Positions 28,583-39,993 of a stretch of DNA of 64,000 bases are shown in pieces. The notes under the pieces were generated by a model that was not told the origin of the DNA, ran no database searches, and saw only the letters and a program-made list of their open reading frames with translations. The stretch spans positions 1-64,000 of the IMG/VR virus record IMGVR_UViG_3300020450_000017. The stretch is one strand, 5' to 3'. This stretch comes from a virus. The position numbers and the translations under genes were made by a program. Each line of letters opens with the position of its first letter. Positions within the stretch are counted from its first letter, which is position 1.

Positions 28583-29277
28583 TGGAGAATAAGAGAAGAA
28601 AAGTACACGAAGAATTAGAAGTAGTACAAACAGGTTTTGCAAACGGTGTTGCTGAAGGTTTTCCACTCCAACAATCAGAAAAAGATAAGATGATTGATGA
28701 AGCCGAAGTAGCATATGGTAAATTTTTAGATGCTTTAAAATGTGATTGGAGAAACGATCCCAACTCAATGGAAACTCCAAGACGTGTTGCTAAAGCTTAT
28801 GTAAATGATTTATGGGCGGGACGTTATACAGCTATGTCGCCTATAACTTCTTTTCCAAGTGATGGTTATGATGGAGTTATTATAGAAAGAAACATACCCC
28901 TTACATCTATGTGTTCCCACCACCACCAAACAATTGGGGGTGTAGTCCATATTGGGTATATTGCGGGGACAGAAGGGCAAGTAATTGGTTTATCTAAATT
29001 AAATCGTATTGTAGAATTATTTGGCCGTAGGGGGGCAATTCAAGAACAACTAACCTCTGCAATTCATAATGCTGTAGATAAGATTACTGAAGGTAATAAA
29101 GGTGTTATTGTTACAATTGTAGGTACTCACAATTGTGTTAGTTGTAGAGGTGTTAAACACCAAGGTGCAGCAATGGTTACTACCAAAGCATCAGGCGCAT
29201 TTAGAGATGATACAAATCAAGCACGTAAAGAGTTCTTCGACAGCTTGAAAATTAATAATGGAGGACACAATATTTAA
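28582..29277 (+). CDS. folE: GTP cyclohydrolase I
   Basis: ETPRRVAK, SMCSHH, GLSKLNR, QE.LT, H.CVSCRGV. Confidence 0.95.
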   Translation: MENKRRKVHEELEVVQTGFANGVAEGFPLQQSEKDKMIDEAEVAYGKFLDALKCDWRNDPNSMETPRRVAKAYVNDLWAGRYTAMSPITSFPSDGYDGVIIERNIPLTSMCSHHHQTIGGVVHIGYIAGTEGQVIGLSKLNRIVELFGRRGAIQEQLTSAIHNAVDKITEGNKGVIVTIVGTHNCVSCRGVKHQGAAMVTTKASGAFRDDTNQARKEFFDSLKINNGGHNI

Positions 29278-29282
29278 AAGTT

Positions 29283-29432
29283 ATGTTAGAGTTTTTATAC
29301 CACGCACTCGGAATTTGTGGTGAGCACGATCACCCACACTTAATTAACCTTGGCTTTTTAGCAGCTGGGGTATACGCAATCATTAAAATATCAAATAATT
29401 ATGGCATATTGGCTAGCAAAAGTAAAGGTTGA
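29283..29432 (+). CDS. Small His-rich membrane peptide (49 aa, not in ORF track)
   Basis: MLEFLYHALGICGEHDHPHLINL plus hydrophobic stretch; fills gap after folE. Confidence 0.45.
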   Translation: MLEFLYHALGICGEHDHPHLINLGFLAAGVYAIIKISNNYGILASKSKG

Positions 29433-29601
29433 AGAGGAAACCTCCCGTGGCGCTATGAGATGGACCACTGAACAATTCCTTGTTAATGCAGAAAATGCAA
29501 CAGACGCAGAAGTTAAATTAACTGAAGAATATTCATCATACCCACATGATTGGCATGTTGATCAGTTAAAGCAAATTAAACTAGTAAAAGTTATTGAGTG
29601 A
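29401..29601 (+). CDS. DUF4494-like small protein
   Basis: W..KV..E......TEQFLV.A...TDAE..L pattern recalled from Bacteroidota DUF4494. Confidence 0.55.
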   Translation: MAYWLAKVKVEEETSRGAMRWTTEQFLVNAENATDAEVKLTEEYSSYPHDWHVDQLKQIKLVKVIE

Positions 29602-30092
29602 TGAATAAAGTACCATTTGTAGATGAAGTGGAGGAATTTAATTTGTTAATGAATAAACCTAACAATTATGAGCCCACAATACCAGAAAAAAAGGAATGGG
29701 AGTTTGTATACAACTTCGTCCTGGAAGAACTTGAGGAATATAGAGAAGCATGTGAACGAGGTGACATCGTTGAGATTTTGGACGCTTTGTGCGACATTGC
29801 TTATGTCTCATTGGGGAATGGAACTATGTTACATGGCCTTAAGGATAAAATTTGGCCCGCTTATCAAGAAGTACAAGCCTCTAACCTATCTAAGGCTTGC
29901 AAAACTGAAGATGAAGCACGAGAAACGGTTAAAAAGAGATCCGAAGAACAAGGTGAGCCCTGCCACTATGAAATGGTCGGTGATAAGTATATTGTATACC
30001 GTACGCGTGACAGAAAAGTTATGAAAAATATTAATTATTTTAGACCAGACTTAAAACAGTTTTTTAATGAAAATGAATTAAAAAATGTCTGA
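29598..30092 (+). CDS. MazG-like/PRA-PH-type nucleotide pyrophosphohydrolase
   Basis: EELEEY..A....D.VE.LDALCD..YV..G, VQASN.SK, KV.K...Y..P.L. Confidence 0.8.
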   Translation: MMNKVPFVDEVEEFNLLMNKPNNYEPTIPEKKEWEFVYNFVLEELEEYREACERGDIVEILDALCDIAYVSLGNGTMLHGLKDKIWPAYQEVQASNLSKACKTEDEARETVKKRSEEQGEPCHYEMVGDKYIVYRTRDRKVMKNINYFRPDLKQFFNENELKNV

Positions 30093-30339
30093 TAGAGAAA
30101 TAATGAATTCAAAAGGTTTTAAAAAGAATAAAATGCCAATTAATTTTGATCCAAAACAACCCAAAGTACAAGTAAAAAATATTGACCAAATGCCTGACCA
30201 AAAATGGCATCGTAGAATTTCGTTTCTTAAATCAGGAATCAGGATTGTAGGTTATGTTTTTATCCCATTTAATTTAATCGCTGCTACAGCATTACTTGTT
30301 GTAAGTGAAGTAGTAGGAATTATAGAAGAATTAGTATGA
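30085..30339 (+). CDS. Small membrane protein
   Basis: C-terminal hydrophobic helices ending GIIEELV. Confidence 0.6.
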   Translation: MSDREIMNSKGFKKNKMPINFDPKQPKVQVKNIDQMPDQKWHRRISFLKSGIRIVGYVFIPFNLIAATALLVVSEVVGIIEELV

Positions 30340-30587
30340 AAAAGTTTTTATATTTTAGTGCCCCCTGGTGTGGGCCTTGTGAACAATTAAGTCCTGTTAT
30401 GGATGAACTTCATGCAGAAGGAATGACAGTCCAAAAAATTGATGTAGATTCTAACCCTGAAATTGTCCAATCATTTAATATTAGAAACGTTCCTACTGTA
30501 ATTTTACAAGTAGATAACGTAGAAAAGGGAAGGAAAATTGGCCTTGCGTCAAAATCTATGTATATTGACCTATATAATCAAGGTTAA
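30336..30587 (+). CDS. trxA: Thioredoxin
   Basis: WCGPC, ID.D, VPT. Confidence 0.9.
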   Translation: MKKFLYFSAPWCGPCEQLSPVMDELHAEGMTVQKIDVDSNPEIVQSFNIRNVPTVILQVDNVEKGRKIGLASKSMYIDLYNQG

Positions 30588-32302
30588 TGTATAAAAATTG
30601 TTATGTTCAAAGAGGTGAAGAATGGAATCATTATAGAATCCATTTATGGACTGATGAGGGATACTCTATAGAAGATTACCAAAATTATGGTTATTTAGAA
30701 TGTACAGATAGTGCTGCTACTCATATTGGCCTTAAAGGAGAAAATCTTAAGAGGGTATTTAATTGGGAAAGAAATGACCCTCGTATGCACTATTCTGATC
30801 ATACTAGGGGAAATATTCACACTAAATTTCTTATAGACAAATATGGTGATGATGATACTCCCTCGGTAACTCATAGAGAAGTATTTTTTGATATTGAGAT
30901 TGAGATAGGAGGTGCTCTTACCCCTGAATATATCAAAAAAGCCCCTAAACCAGTTACTTCAATTGCCCTTTGGGATAAACAATTAGATGATTGGAAAATC
31001 ATTATCCTAGATAAGGATAATAATATTGAACATACAGTTGATAAACAGGGGAGAGAAGTAATCCCTGTTAAGAGAGAATCTGATTTACTAGAAAAATTTC
31101 TTAACACATTAGAAGAGATAGAACCAGATATCCTTATAGGATATAATAGTGATTATTTCGACATTCCTTATCTTTACTATAGAATTAAAAATACATTAGG
31201 AGATAGATATGCTAATAGAATGTCTCCTATTAAAATAGTAGAAGAACAAACATGGAATGAAGATGTACCTATCAGAATAGCCGGAGTTACTTCTCTTGAT
31301 TATATGCGCTTACATAAAAAGTATAGTTTTAAAGATGAACCATCTTTTAAATTAGATGCTTTAGGTGAAAAATATGTTGGTCAAAAGAAGATTGAATATG
31401 AAGGTTCACTTGATAGGTTATTTGCAGAGGATAAAGAAAAATTTATTGAATATAACTTTGTTGATGTTTTAATACTTAAAAAACTAGACGAAAAATTTCA
31501 ATATATTGATCTAACTAAAAACCTTGCCCATAAAGGAAAAGTGTTATATGAAGAAGTGTATTTATCTTCTAAAATTCAGGATGGTGCTATTTCAAGTTGG
31601 TTATTATCTGAAAATATTATTCCACCTAATAAGGACTTAGACCCACTTACTAAGAAAAATTATGCAGGTGGTTATTTATTTTGCCCTAAAACAGGTATTT
31701 ACAATTATATGTTTGATGAAGACCTTACATCACTATACCCTTCTATTATCATGTCTTTAAATATAGGCAAGGAAACTTATGTAGGTAGAGTATTAGATTT
31801 ATTTGATGATAGGAATAATAGATTAGGTTTAAACGACTTAGAAAAAATGGTCAACGAAGACCCCGAAAAAGAGATGCCTGTTGAAAATCTTCAACGTAAA
31901 CAAAATTATATGAAGGTTAAAGATGTTATAGATACTATCAAAAAGAATAATCTATCTGTAACAGCTAATGGTGTTATGTTTAGAACAGATAAACCATCTA
32001 CTCTAAATGTTATTCTGGATAAATGGTTTGATGAAAGGGTAATGTATAAGAAAGCTATGAAAAAAGCTTATAAAAATGGTAATAAAAAAGAAGGTGAATT
32101 AAATCATCTTAAGCAATATACTATGAAAATTTTGCTTAACTCACTTTATGGTGCTACCGCTTTACCATCATTTAGGTATGGTAGTGTTATTTTATCTGAA
32201 GGCATCACACTTACAGGACAACGTATCATTCAAGAATCGGCTTTATTTGCAAATACACATATGAATAAGGTATTACGAGGAGAATTAAAATTAGAATTAT
32301 GA
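30587..32302 (+). CDS. Family B DNA polymerase, N-terminal subunit (exonuclease plus motifs A and B)
   Basis: FDIE, GYNS..FD.PY, YN..DV, DLTSLYPSII, KILLNSLYG; lacks DTDS. Confidence 0.92.
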   Translation: MYKNCYVQRGEEWNHYRIHLWTDEGYSIEDYQNYGYLECTDSAATHIGLKGENLKRVFNWERNDPRMHYSDHTRGNIHTKFLIDKYGDDDTPSVTHREVFFDIEIEIGGALTPEYIKKAPKPVTSIALWDKQLDDWKIIILDKDNNIEHTVDKQGREVIPVKRESDLLEKFLNTLEEIEPDILIGYNSDYFDIPYLYYRIKNTLGDRYANRMSPIKIVEEQTWNEDVPIRIAGVTSLDYMRLHKKYSFKDEPSFKLDALGEKYVGQKKIEYEGSLDRLFAEDKEKFIEYNFVDVLILKKLDEKFQYIDLTKNLAHKGKVLYEEVYLSSKIQDGAISSWLLSENIIPPNKDLDPLTKKNYAGGYLFCPKTGIYNYMFDEDLTSLYPSIIMSLNIGKETYVGRVLDLFDDRNNRLGLNDLEKMVNEDPEKEMPVENLQRKQNYMKVKDVIDTIKKNNLSVTANGVMFRTDKPSTLNVILDKWFDERVMYKKAMKKAYKNGNKKEGELNHLKQYTMKILLNSLYGATALPSFRYGSVILSEGITLTGQRIIQESALFANTHMNKVLRGELKLEL

Positions 32303-33219
32303 AAGAAGAAATACCATGGTGGATCTGTAATGAGGAAGATAAAAACTTCTGCACATATGTGGATACAGATTCTAATTATTTTCATGCTGAACCACTTTTG
32401 AAGCACTTATATCCTAATTTTTCAGAATTACCTGCTGAAGAACAGGACGATTTACTTGAAAAAATGGCTTTAAAATACCAAGATTTAATTACAGAATATT
32501 ATGATACTTTAGCTAGGGAAGCATTTAATATAGATAAACACCGTTTAGAAATGAAAACGGAGTGCACTATTCGTTCTGGTTTTTTCTCAGGTAAAAGAAG
32601 ATATGCACAATATATTACTAAAAAAGAAGGTATTAAAGTAGAAGATATAGATGTTAAAGGTCTTGATTTTATGAAATCAAATTTCCCTCCCCTATTTAAA
32701 AAATTCTTTAATGGTATTTTAGATAAAATCCTATTTGGTGCTACTAGAAATGAAATCGATCAGGAAATTTTAGAGTTTAAAAATAGTTTAGATACATTAC
32801 CTCTAGAGTTACTAGGTAAGCCAACAGGAGTAAAGGATATTAAAAAGTATATTGAACGTCCCCCGGGTGCTGGAAATATATTTACTACCCTTAAAACCGG
32901 GGCCCCTGTAAATGTTAAAGCAGCAGTTAGATATAACGATTTCCTTAAATTTAAGGGTTTAGATAAAAAACACTCTCAAATAGTTGCTGGTGATAAAATC
33001 AAATGGGTTTATTTAAAAGATAATCCTTATAAAATTGATACTATGGGTTTCTTAGATTTTGATTTTCCAGAAGAAATTCGTACATTTGTAGAGCAATATA
33101 TTGATAGAGATAAAGCATTTGATTCTATACTTAAAAATAAGCTAGAATCATTTTATAAAGACTTAAGTTGGGGTAGTTTAACCCTTAATACACATGTAAA
33201 CAATTTTTTCTCATTCTAA
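32299..33219 (+). CDS. Family B DNA polymerase, C-terminal subunit (motif C plus thumb)
   Basis: YVDTDS, K.RYA, VKGLD, GDKIKW.YL; ATGA overlap. Confidence 0.92.
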   Translation: MKEEIPWWICNEEDKNFCTYVDTDSNYFHAEPLLKHLYPNFSELPAEEQDDLLEKMALKYQDLITEYYDTLAREAFNIDKHRLEMKTECTIRSGFFSGKRRYAQYITKKEGIKVEDIDVKGLDFMKSNFPPLFKKFFNGILDKILFGATRNEIDQEILEFKNSLDTLPLELLGKPTGVKDIKKYIERPPGAGNIFTTLKTGAPVNVKAAVRYNDFLKFKGLDKKHSQIVAGDKIKWVYLKDNPYKIDTMGFLDFDFPEEIRTFVEQYIDRDKAFDSILKNKLESFYKDLSWGSLTLNTHVNNFFSF

Positions 33220-33947
33220 TGACAGATAAAAGAATAATAGATAGTTTTATAGGCAAATACCACTTAGGGGGCAATATAGAACGAACTAAATGGGTTTCAG
33301 ATGGTGAATCCCTTAAAGCTGATTTTATAAACGATTCACAAAATTTAGTAGGTAAAGTAGTATCTAAAAAATTTAAATTTCCAATAGGGGAATTTGGCAT
33401 TTACAGTACTTCTACTTTAAGTAAAATGTTAGGAATCCTCGAAAACGAGGTTATGTTTGACATAATAAAAGAGGGAGGAACACCTGCTAGGTTTAATATA
33501 GGTGATACTGCTATGGATATTAAGTTTAATTTAGCAGACCCACAAGTTATTCCTAATGTTCCTTCCATTAATAAAACAGAAGGTAATATTTATGTGGAAT
33601 TAACTGAAGAATTTACTACACGTTTTATTAAATCTAAAGACGCAGTAGGCGAAGAAGTGTTTTATGTTTCTACCCAAGACGGATTTACTTCACCTGAAGT
33701 AAAACTTACTATAGGAAATAGTACGTCTAATTCAGTATCATTTGCCGCCCATATAGAACCTGGTAGTGCTGAAGTAGAATTAGATAATATACCTTTTAAT
33801 GCAGATTTAGTTAAAGAAATATTCAAACATAATAAACGCTTTGAATTAGGTTGGATGGATATAAATCCAAAAGGATTAATGTCTTTTGCATTTAAATTTG
33901 GAGACCTAGAAAGTAATTATTATCTTGTAAGAAATCAAAATCAATAA
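33219..33947 (+). CDS. Sliding clamp (gp45-like)
   Basis: Size and position; FGIY....L..ML, C-terminal F.....S.YYLV. Confidence 0.7.
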   Translation: MTDKRIIDSFIGKYHLGGNIERTKWVSDGESLKADFINDSQNLVGKVVSKKFKFPIGEFGIYSTSTLSKMLGILENEVMFDIIKEGGTPARFNIGDTAMDIKFNLADPQVIPNVPSINKTEGNIYVELTEEFTTRFIKSKDAVGEEVFYVSTQDGFTSPEVKLTIGNSTSNSVSFAAHIEPGSAEVELDNIPFNADLVKEIFKHNKRFELGWMDINPKGLMSFAFKFGDLESNYYLVRNQNQ

Positions 33948-33950
33948 TAA

Positions 33951-34247
33951 ATGGAAAATATCCCAATTACACCGTTGGCTGATCGTGTGTTGATCCAACC
34001 GATTGAAGCTGAAGAATCAACCTACGGGAACATTGTTGTTCCTGATATGGGTAAGGATCGTCCTGACTTTGGAAATGTACTTGCAGTTGGTCCTGGCCGT
34101 TATGACAATAATGGTAATTTGGTCCCTATGCGGGTTGAAGTAGGACAAAAAGTTATTATGCCTAAGTACGGGGCAAATACCGTAGAAATTGAAGGTGAGG
34201 AATATGTTCTTGCCTCGGAATCAGAAATTTTAGGATTTATAAATTAA
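33951..34247 (+). CDS. groES: Co-chaperonin GroES
   Basis: PLADRVLI, G.V.AVGPG, V.VG.KV...KY....V...GEEY....ESEIL. Confidence 0.95.
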   Translation: MENIPITPLADRVLIQPIEAEESTYGNIVVPDMGKDRPDFGNVLAVGPGRYDNNGNLVPMRVEVGQKVIMPKYGANTVEIEGEEYVLASESEILGFIN

Positions 34248-34250
34248 TAA

Positions 34251-35866
<1,616 letters not shown>

Positions 35867-35867
<1 letters not shown>

Positions 35868-36757
35868 TGGATTTATTTGTAGAAAAATATAGACCCCAAG
35901 ATTTAAATGGGTTTGTAGGAGACGATACTATTCGTCTTAAAATCCAAGAGTACCTTAAAACAGGTAAACTACAAAATCTACTATTGTTTGGTCCAGCGGG
36001 GACAGGAAAAACCTCGCTGGCCAAACTAATAGTAGGGCAACTGGGTGCGGATCACCTTTATATTAATGCCTCAGATGAAAGGGGTATTGACACAATTAGA
36101 GATAAAATTATCCCTTTTGCTTCTAGTATTGGGTTTAATGGATTAAAAGTAGTTATATTAGATGAATCAGATTACCTCACAGCCCAAGCACAGGCAACTC
36201 TTCGAAATGTTATGGAAAGTTTCAGCGCATCCTGTAGGTTCATTCTTACTTGCAATTACCTTGATCGTATCATTTCTCCCCTTCAGTCTCGTTGTATGGC
36301 TTTTGGAATTACTCCTCCTTCTAAAAAAGAAGTGGGACAACATGTTCTCCAAATCTGTGAAAGTGAAGGAATTAACTATACTAAGGAAGATCTGGGACAA
36401 GTAATTATTACTCATTACCCCGATATTAGAAAAATCCTTAATACCTTACAGGGCAGTTTAAAAGATAATCAATTAGTATTAGATACTAAATCCCTTAAAA
36501 ATACTGATTTTGAAAATAAAGTAGTTAATGGATTAAAAAATAAAACCCCTCTTAAAGATATAAGACAAATGATAGCAGATAGTGGTGCTACACAATTTGA
36601 ATCCTTATTTAGGTGTCTTTATGATAATGTAGAGGAATATACTACAAATATAGGTGATGCGATAATTATAATAGCTCAGTATCAATATGAGTATGGATTT
36701 GTAGTAGATAAAGAAATCTGTATTGCCGCAATGTTAAATAAATTATTAAAGTTATGA
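35867..36757 (+). CDS. Clamp loader ATPase subunit (gp44/RFC-like)
   Basis: VEKYRP, GPAGTGKT, NASDERGID, LDE.D, SRC. Confidence 0.93.
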
Positions 36758-36885
36758 GTGTAAATTCACAAAGACAAAATTATGAACAATTCCAAGAATG
36801 GTATAAGTGGTTTAATAAAAAATATAATAGGTTTCATAAACTTAGATTTAAAAAGCCTGTAAAGAAAAATTATTATAATAGCTAA
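36754..36885 (+). CDS. Small basic protein (43 aa, not in ORF track)
   Basis: ATGA and TAATG coupling on both sides. Confidence 0.5.
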   Translation: MSVNSQRQNYEQFQEWYKWFNKKYNRFHKLRFKKPVKKNYYNS

Positions 36886-37103
36886 TGCAACAACAAAATT
36901 TTAATTTAGATCTTAGCCAAACTACTCCGGTAATATGTGAAAAATGTAGGCACGAACATTTTATTGAAGTTAACATAATACGTAAACTATCTCCTATGCT
37001 ATCGCCAACAGGACAACCAGCATTAATTCCTATTCCTGTTTATGCCTGTTCTAAATGTAGTCATGTAAATGAAGAATTCCTCCCGAAAGATGACGCCCTT
37101 TGA
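36885..37103 (+). CDS. Zinc-ribbon protein
   Basis: CEKC...CSKC. Confidence 0.7.
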   Translation: MQQQNFNLDLSQTTPVICEKCRHEHFIEVNIIRKLSPMLSPTGQPALIPIPVYACSKCSHVNEEFLPKDDAL

Positions 37104-37503
37104 TTTTTTAAAATTAGTACACGATAAAAAAATTAAATGGGAAGACCTTAATGAAGACGAACAAAAAACCTATAATAAATTTATTATTAATAGGGCGTTA
37201 GGGTTTAATAATAATATGTTAGATATAGTAAATCGTTTACAAGGATATGATGTTACTCCAAAAGAATCTTTTAAATACTACCAATCTATGACTGGTAATA
37301 AATTTAGGTTTAATAAGTGGATTAAAGGAAGCAAAGAAAAATCTTTTAACTCTGAATTATTACTTAAGATTGCTAATTATCTAGAGTGTTCTAAAAAACA
37401 AGCTAGTGAATATTTAAATATTCTATCTAAAAAAGAAACTAAAAATTTACTTAAACATATAGGTTTACAAGATTCTGAAATCAAGAAATTAATGAAAAAA
37501 TGA
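37090..37503 (+). CDS. Clamp loader small subunit (gp62-like)
   Basis: MTPFDFL, Y..FIINR.L, F.KWIK, S...A.EYL.IL; ORF-track start 37069 is probably too far upstream. Confidence 0.75.
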   Translation: MTPFDFLKLVHDKKIKWEDLNEDEQKTYNKFIINRALGFNNNMLDIVNRLQGYDVTPKESFKYYQSMTGNKFRFNKWIKGSKEKSFNSELLLKIANYLECSKKQASEYLNILSKKETKNLLKHIGLQDSEIKKLMKK

Positions 37504-37856
37504 TAAATTTTAACGAAGAAGACGATGCAGCTGTAAAATGGTGTGAAGAAAAATACCCTGAATTAACCCAGGAATATAAAAAAATCATGATGGAACAGTA
37601 TGTTTTGTTTTGTAAAAAACATAGGAACTATGGACCAACAAATATTAATGTAGGTACTAATCTAGAAACCGAAGCAGATATTAAATTAGCACTCACCGGC
37701 TTATGGTTTAGAATAAACGATAAAATACAGAGATTAAAAAACTTGGTTGTGCAAGGAGAACCTGATACAGTAGGGGAACCTATAGAAGATACGCTTAAAG
37801 ACCTCAGTGTGTACGGAATTATAGGCCAAATCGTACAACAAGGTAAATTTAAATGA
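37500..37856 (+). CDS. DUF1599 / nucleotide-modification-associated domain protein
   Basis: KK..NYG..NI, R.NDK..RL..L, E.IEDT..DL..YGII. Confidence 0.7.
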   Translation: MINFNEEDDAAVKWCEEKYPELTQEYKKIMMEQYVLFCKKHRNYGPTNINVGTNLETEADIKLALTGLWFRINDKIQRLKNLVVQGEPDTVGEPIEDTLKDLSVYGIIGQIVQQGKFK

Positions 37857-38767
37857 TTTTAGAAAACGTACAGAACACAGTTGTCCCAAAAATGGATTGG
37901 GAAAAATATAAGATGGTTTCTTATACCCAATTTTCGGCATGGAGTGAATGCCCCCACAATTGGAAATTAATGTATATTGATAAACAAAAGCAACCCCCAA
38001 ATATTCATTTAGCTTTTGGATCTGCTATGCATGAAACCCTCCAGGAATATCTAGACTTAATGTATAATAAGTCTATTAGAGCCGCAGATGAATTTCCTAT
38101 TTATGAAGACTTTCAAGAACGTTTCATGAAAATGTATGGTGAATATAAAGAACAAATTGGGGATAATTTTGCAACTAAAAAAGATTTAGTTGAGTTTGTA
38201 AATGATGGGCTTAATATAATTGAATTTTTCTTGCAACGTCGCCAAATGCATTTTTCAAAACGTGGTACTAAATTACTTGGGGTTGAAATGCCTATATTAA
38301 CACCACCTCATGAAAAATTTCCTGATGTTATGTTATTTGGAAAATTAGATTTAGTATTTTATGATGAAGATTTACAAAAGGTAAGTATTTGGGATATCAA
38401 AACTTCTACTAGGGGGTGGACCAAATATGAAAAAGAAAATAAAATTAAAACCGCACAAATGGTTTTATATAAGCGTTACTTCGCCGAACAGTATAATGTT
38501 CCGGTTGAATCGATTGATTGCAAGTACTTTATCGTAAAACGTAAAATACCTAAAAATCCTAAATACCCAGCAATGGCTTCAAGAATACAAACATTTGAGC
38601 CTTCTTCTGGTAAAGTATCTTTAAATAGAGTAACTCGTCAGCTTCATGAATTTATTGAAAGCGTATTTGTCGAAGGAACTAATACGTATGATATAGATAA
38701 AATAGAACAGACGCTAGCTACCACAAAAAAATGTTCTTCTAAATGGTGTGTAGCTTGTAATAGCTAA
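37853..38767 (+). CDS. PD-(D/E)XK exonuclease (Cas4/AddB-like)
   Basis: SY.Q...W..CP, FGSA.H, E, GKLD, DIKT, Q..LY, C-terminal C..C..C. Confidence 0.8.
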   Translation: MILENVQNTVVPKMDWEKYKMVSYTQFSAWSECPHNWKLMYIDKQKQPPNIHLAFGSAMHETLQEYLDLMYNKSIRAADEFPIYEDFQERFMKMYGEYKEQIGDNFATKKDLVEFVNDGLNIIEFFLQRRQMHFSKRGTKLLGVEMPILTPPHEKFPDVMLFGKLDLVFYDEDLQKVSIWDIKTSTRGWTKYEKENKIKTAQMVLYKRYFAEQYNVPVESIDCKYFIVKRKIPKNPKYPAMASRIQTFEPSSGKVSLNRVTRQLHEFIESVFVEGTNTYDIDKIEQTLATTKKCSSKWCVACNS

Positions 38768-38771
38768 CCCC

Positions 38772-39746
38772 ATGAAACAAAAACTATTTCCTTTTATAAT
38801 CGCATTATCTGCATTATCTGTTTCGGCATCAGCTGCTTTTTATTCTGTAAGTGGATTAAGTAAACTTTTTGCTGGAGCAGCTTTTGCTGTTATAATAATG
38901 GCTGCTTCTCTTGAGGTAGCTAAATTGGTTATAGCTTCTCTTCTTTACCAATATAGAAAAAATCTACCTAAATTACTTAAATACTACCTTTCAGTAGCTT
39001 GCCTTATATTGATATTAATTACAAGTATGGGCATTTATGGTTTTTTATCAGCTGCCTATCAAGAAACAGCAGCTAAAGCTGGTAATATAGATTCTCAAAT
39101 AGCACTTATTGAAACTAAACGAGATAATATAAAAGAACAACTTGCGATATACAACGCAGAAAAAGAAACTATTAACGAGGCGGTGAGCAGTCTGAGGTCT
39201 GGCTTATCTAACAACGTAATACAGTATACTGACACATTAGGTAATGTGATTACTACAACTTCTTCGTCTACAAGACGTGCTTTAGAAAAACAACTTGACC
39301 AAGCAATAGGTAGACAAACCGAAATCAATACTAGAGTAGATGGCTTAAACCAACAATTATTTGAATACGAAACAGAAATAGTTGAAGTAACTAGTAATGC
39401 TAATATAGCGGGTGAGTTAGGACCACTTAAATATTTATCTGGTTTAACAGGAAAACCTATGGATCAAATTATAAACTGGCTATTATTAACTATTATATTT
39501 GTATTTGATCCTTTGGCTATTGCCCTAGTAGTTGCTGCTAACTTTGCTTTTGCACAATTAAAAATTAAAGGTGATAAAGAACCTGAAATTAAAGTAGTAG
39601 AAAAAATAGTAGAAGTACCTATAGAGGTAGAAAAAATAGTTAAAAAAAACGTTTATGGGGAAGAAGTAGAAAAAAAATTAAAACTATTTGACCACCCTAA
39701 AATACAAACAACTATAAAACACATGAGAAGAAACGGGGATTTATAA
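38772..39746 (+). CDS. Multi-TM coiled-coil membrane protein
   Basis: Three N-terminal TM helices (LEVAK, TSMGIYGFLS), coiled coil, GPLKY, IFVFDPLA. Confidence 0.7.
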   Translation: MKQKLFPFIIALSALSVSASAAFYSVSGLSKLFAGAAFAVIIMAASLEVAKLVIASLLYQYRKNLPKLLKYYLSVACLILILITSMGIYGFLSAAYQETAAKAGNIDSQIALIETKRDNIKEQLAIYNAEKETINEAVSSLRSGLSNNVIQYTDTLGNVITTTSSSTRRALEKQLDQAIGRQTEINTRVDGLNQQLFEYETEIVEVTSNANIAGELGPLKYLSGLTGKPMDQIINWLLLTIIFVFDPLAIALVVAANFAFAQLKIKGDKEPEIKVVEKIVEVPIEVEKIVKKNVYGEEVEKKLKLFDHPKIQTTIKHMRRNGDL

Positions 39747-39756
39747 TTTATGTATA

Positions 39757-39776
39757 TGTATATGTAAACATATACA
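39757..39776. promoter_or_regulatory. Palindromic operator candidate
   Basis: TGTATATGT-AA-ACATATACA, 3 nt before the ATG of a small DNA-binding gene. Confidence 0.55.
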
Positions 39777-39779
39777 ATC

Positions 39780-39971
39780 ATGGCTTTAAAATTAACATCC
39801 GTAAAATTAGAAGAACGTTTATTTGAAGACTTTAAAGTAGCTTCAATTAGGCAAAAATTTAACCTCCAAAAATTAGTAAATAGAAGTATACATCTTTATT
39901 TAACTGATGAGGAGTTTGCAAAATCCCTTCATACACACACTGATCTCACTATTAGTGGTAGTGGGTTATAA
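39780..39971 (+). CDS. Ribbon-helix-helix-like DNA-binding protein
   Basis: LTSVKL strand then two helices (LFEDFK...LQKLVNRSIHLYL). Confidence 0.6.
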   Translation: MALKLTSVKLEERLFEDFKVASIRQKFNLQKLVNRSIHLYLTDEEFAKSLHTHTDLTISGSGL

Positions 39972-39993
39972 ACAATAAAAAAGGTTTTATTTA

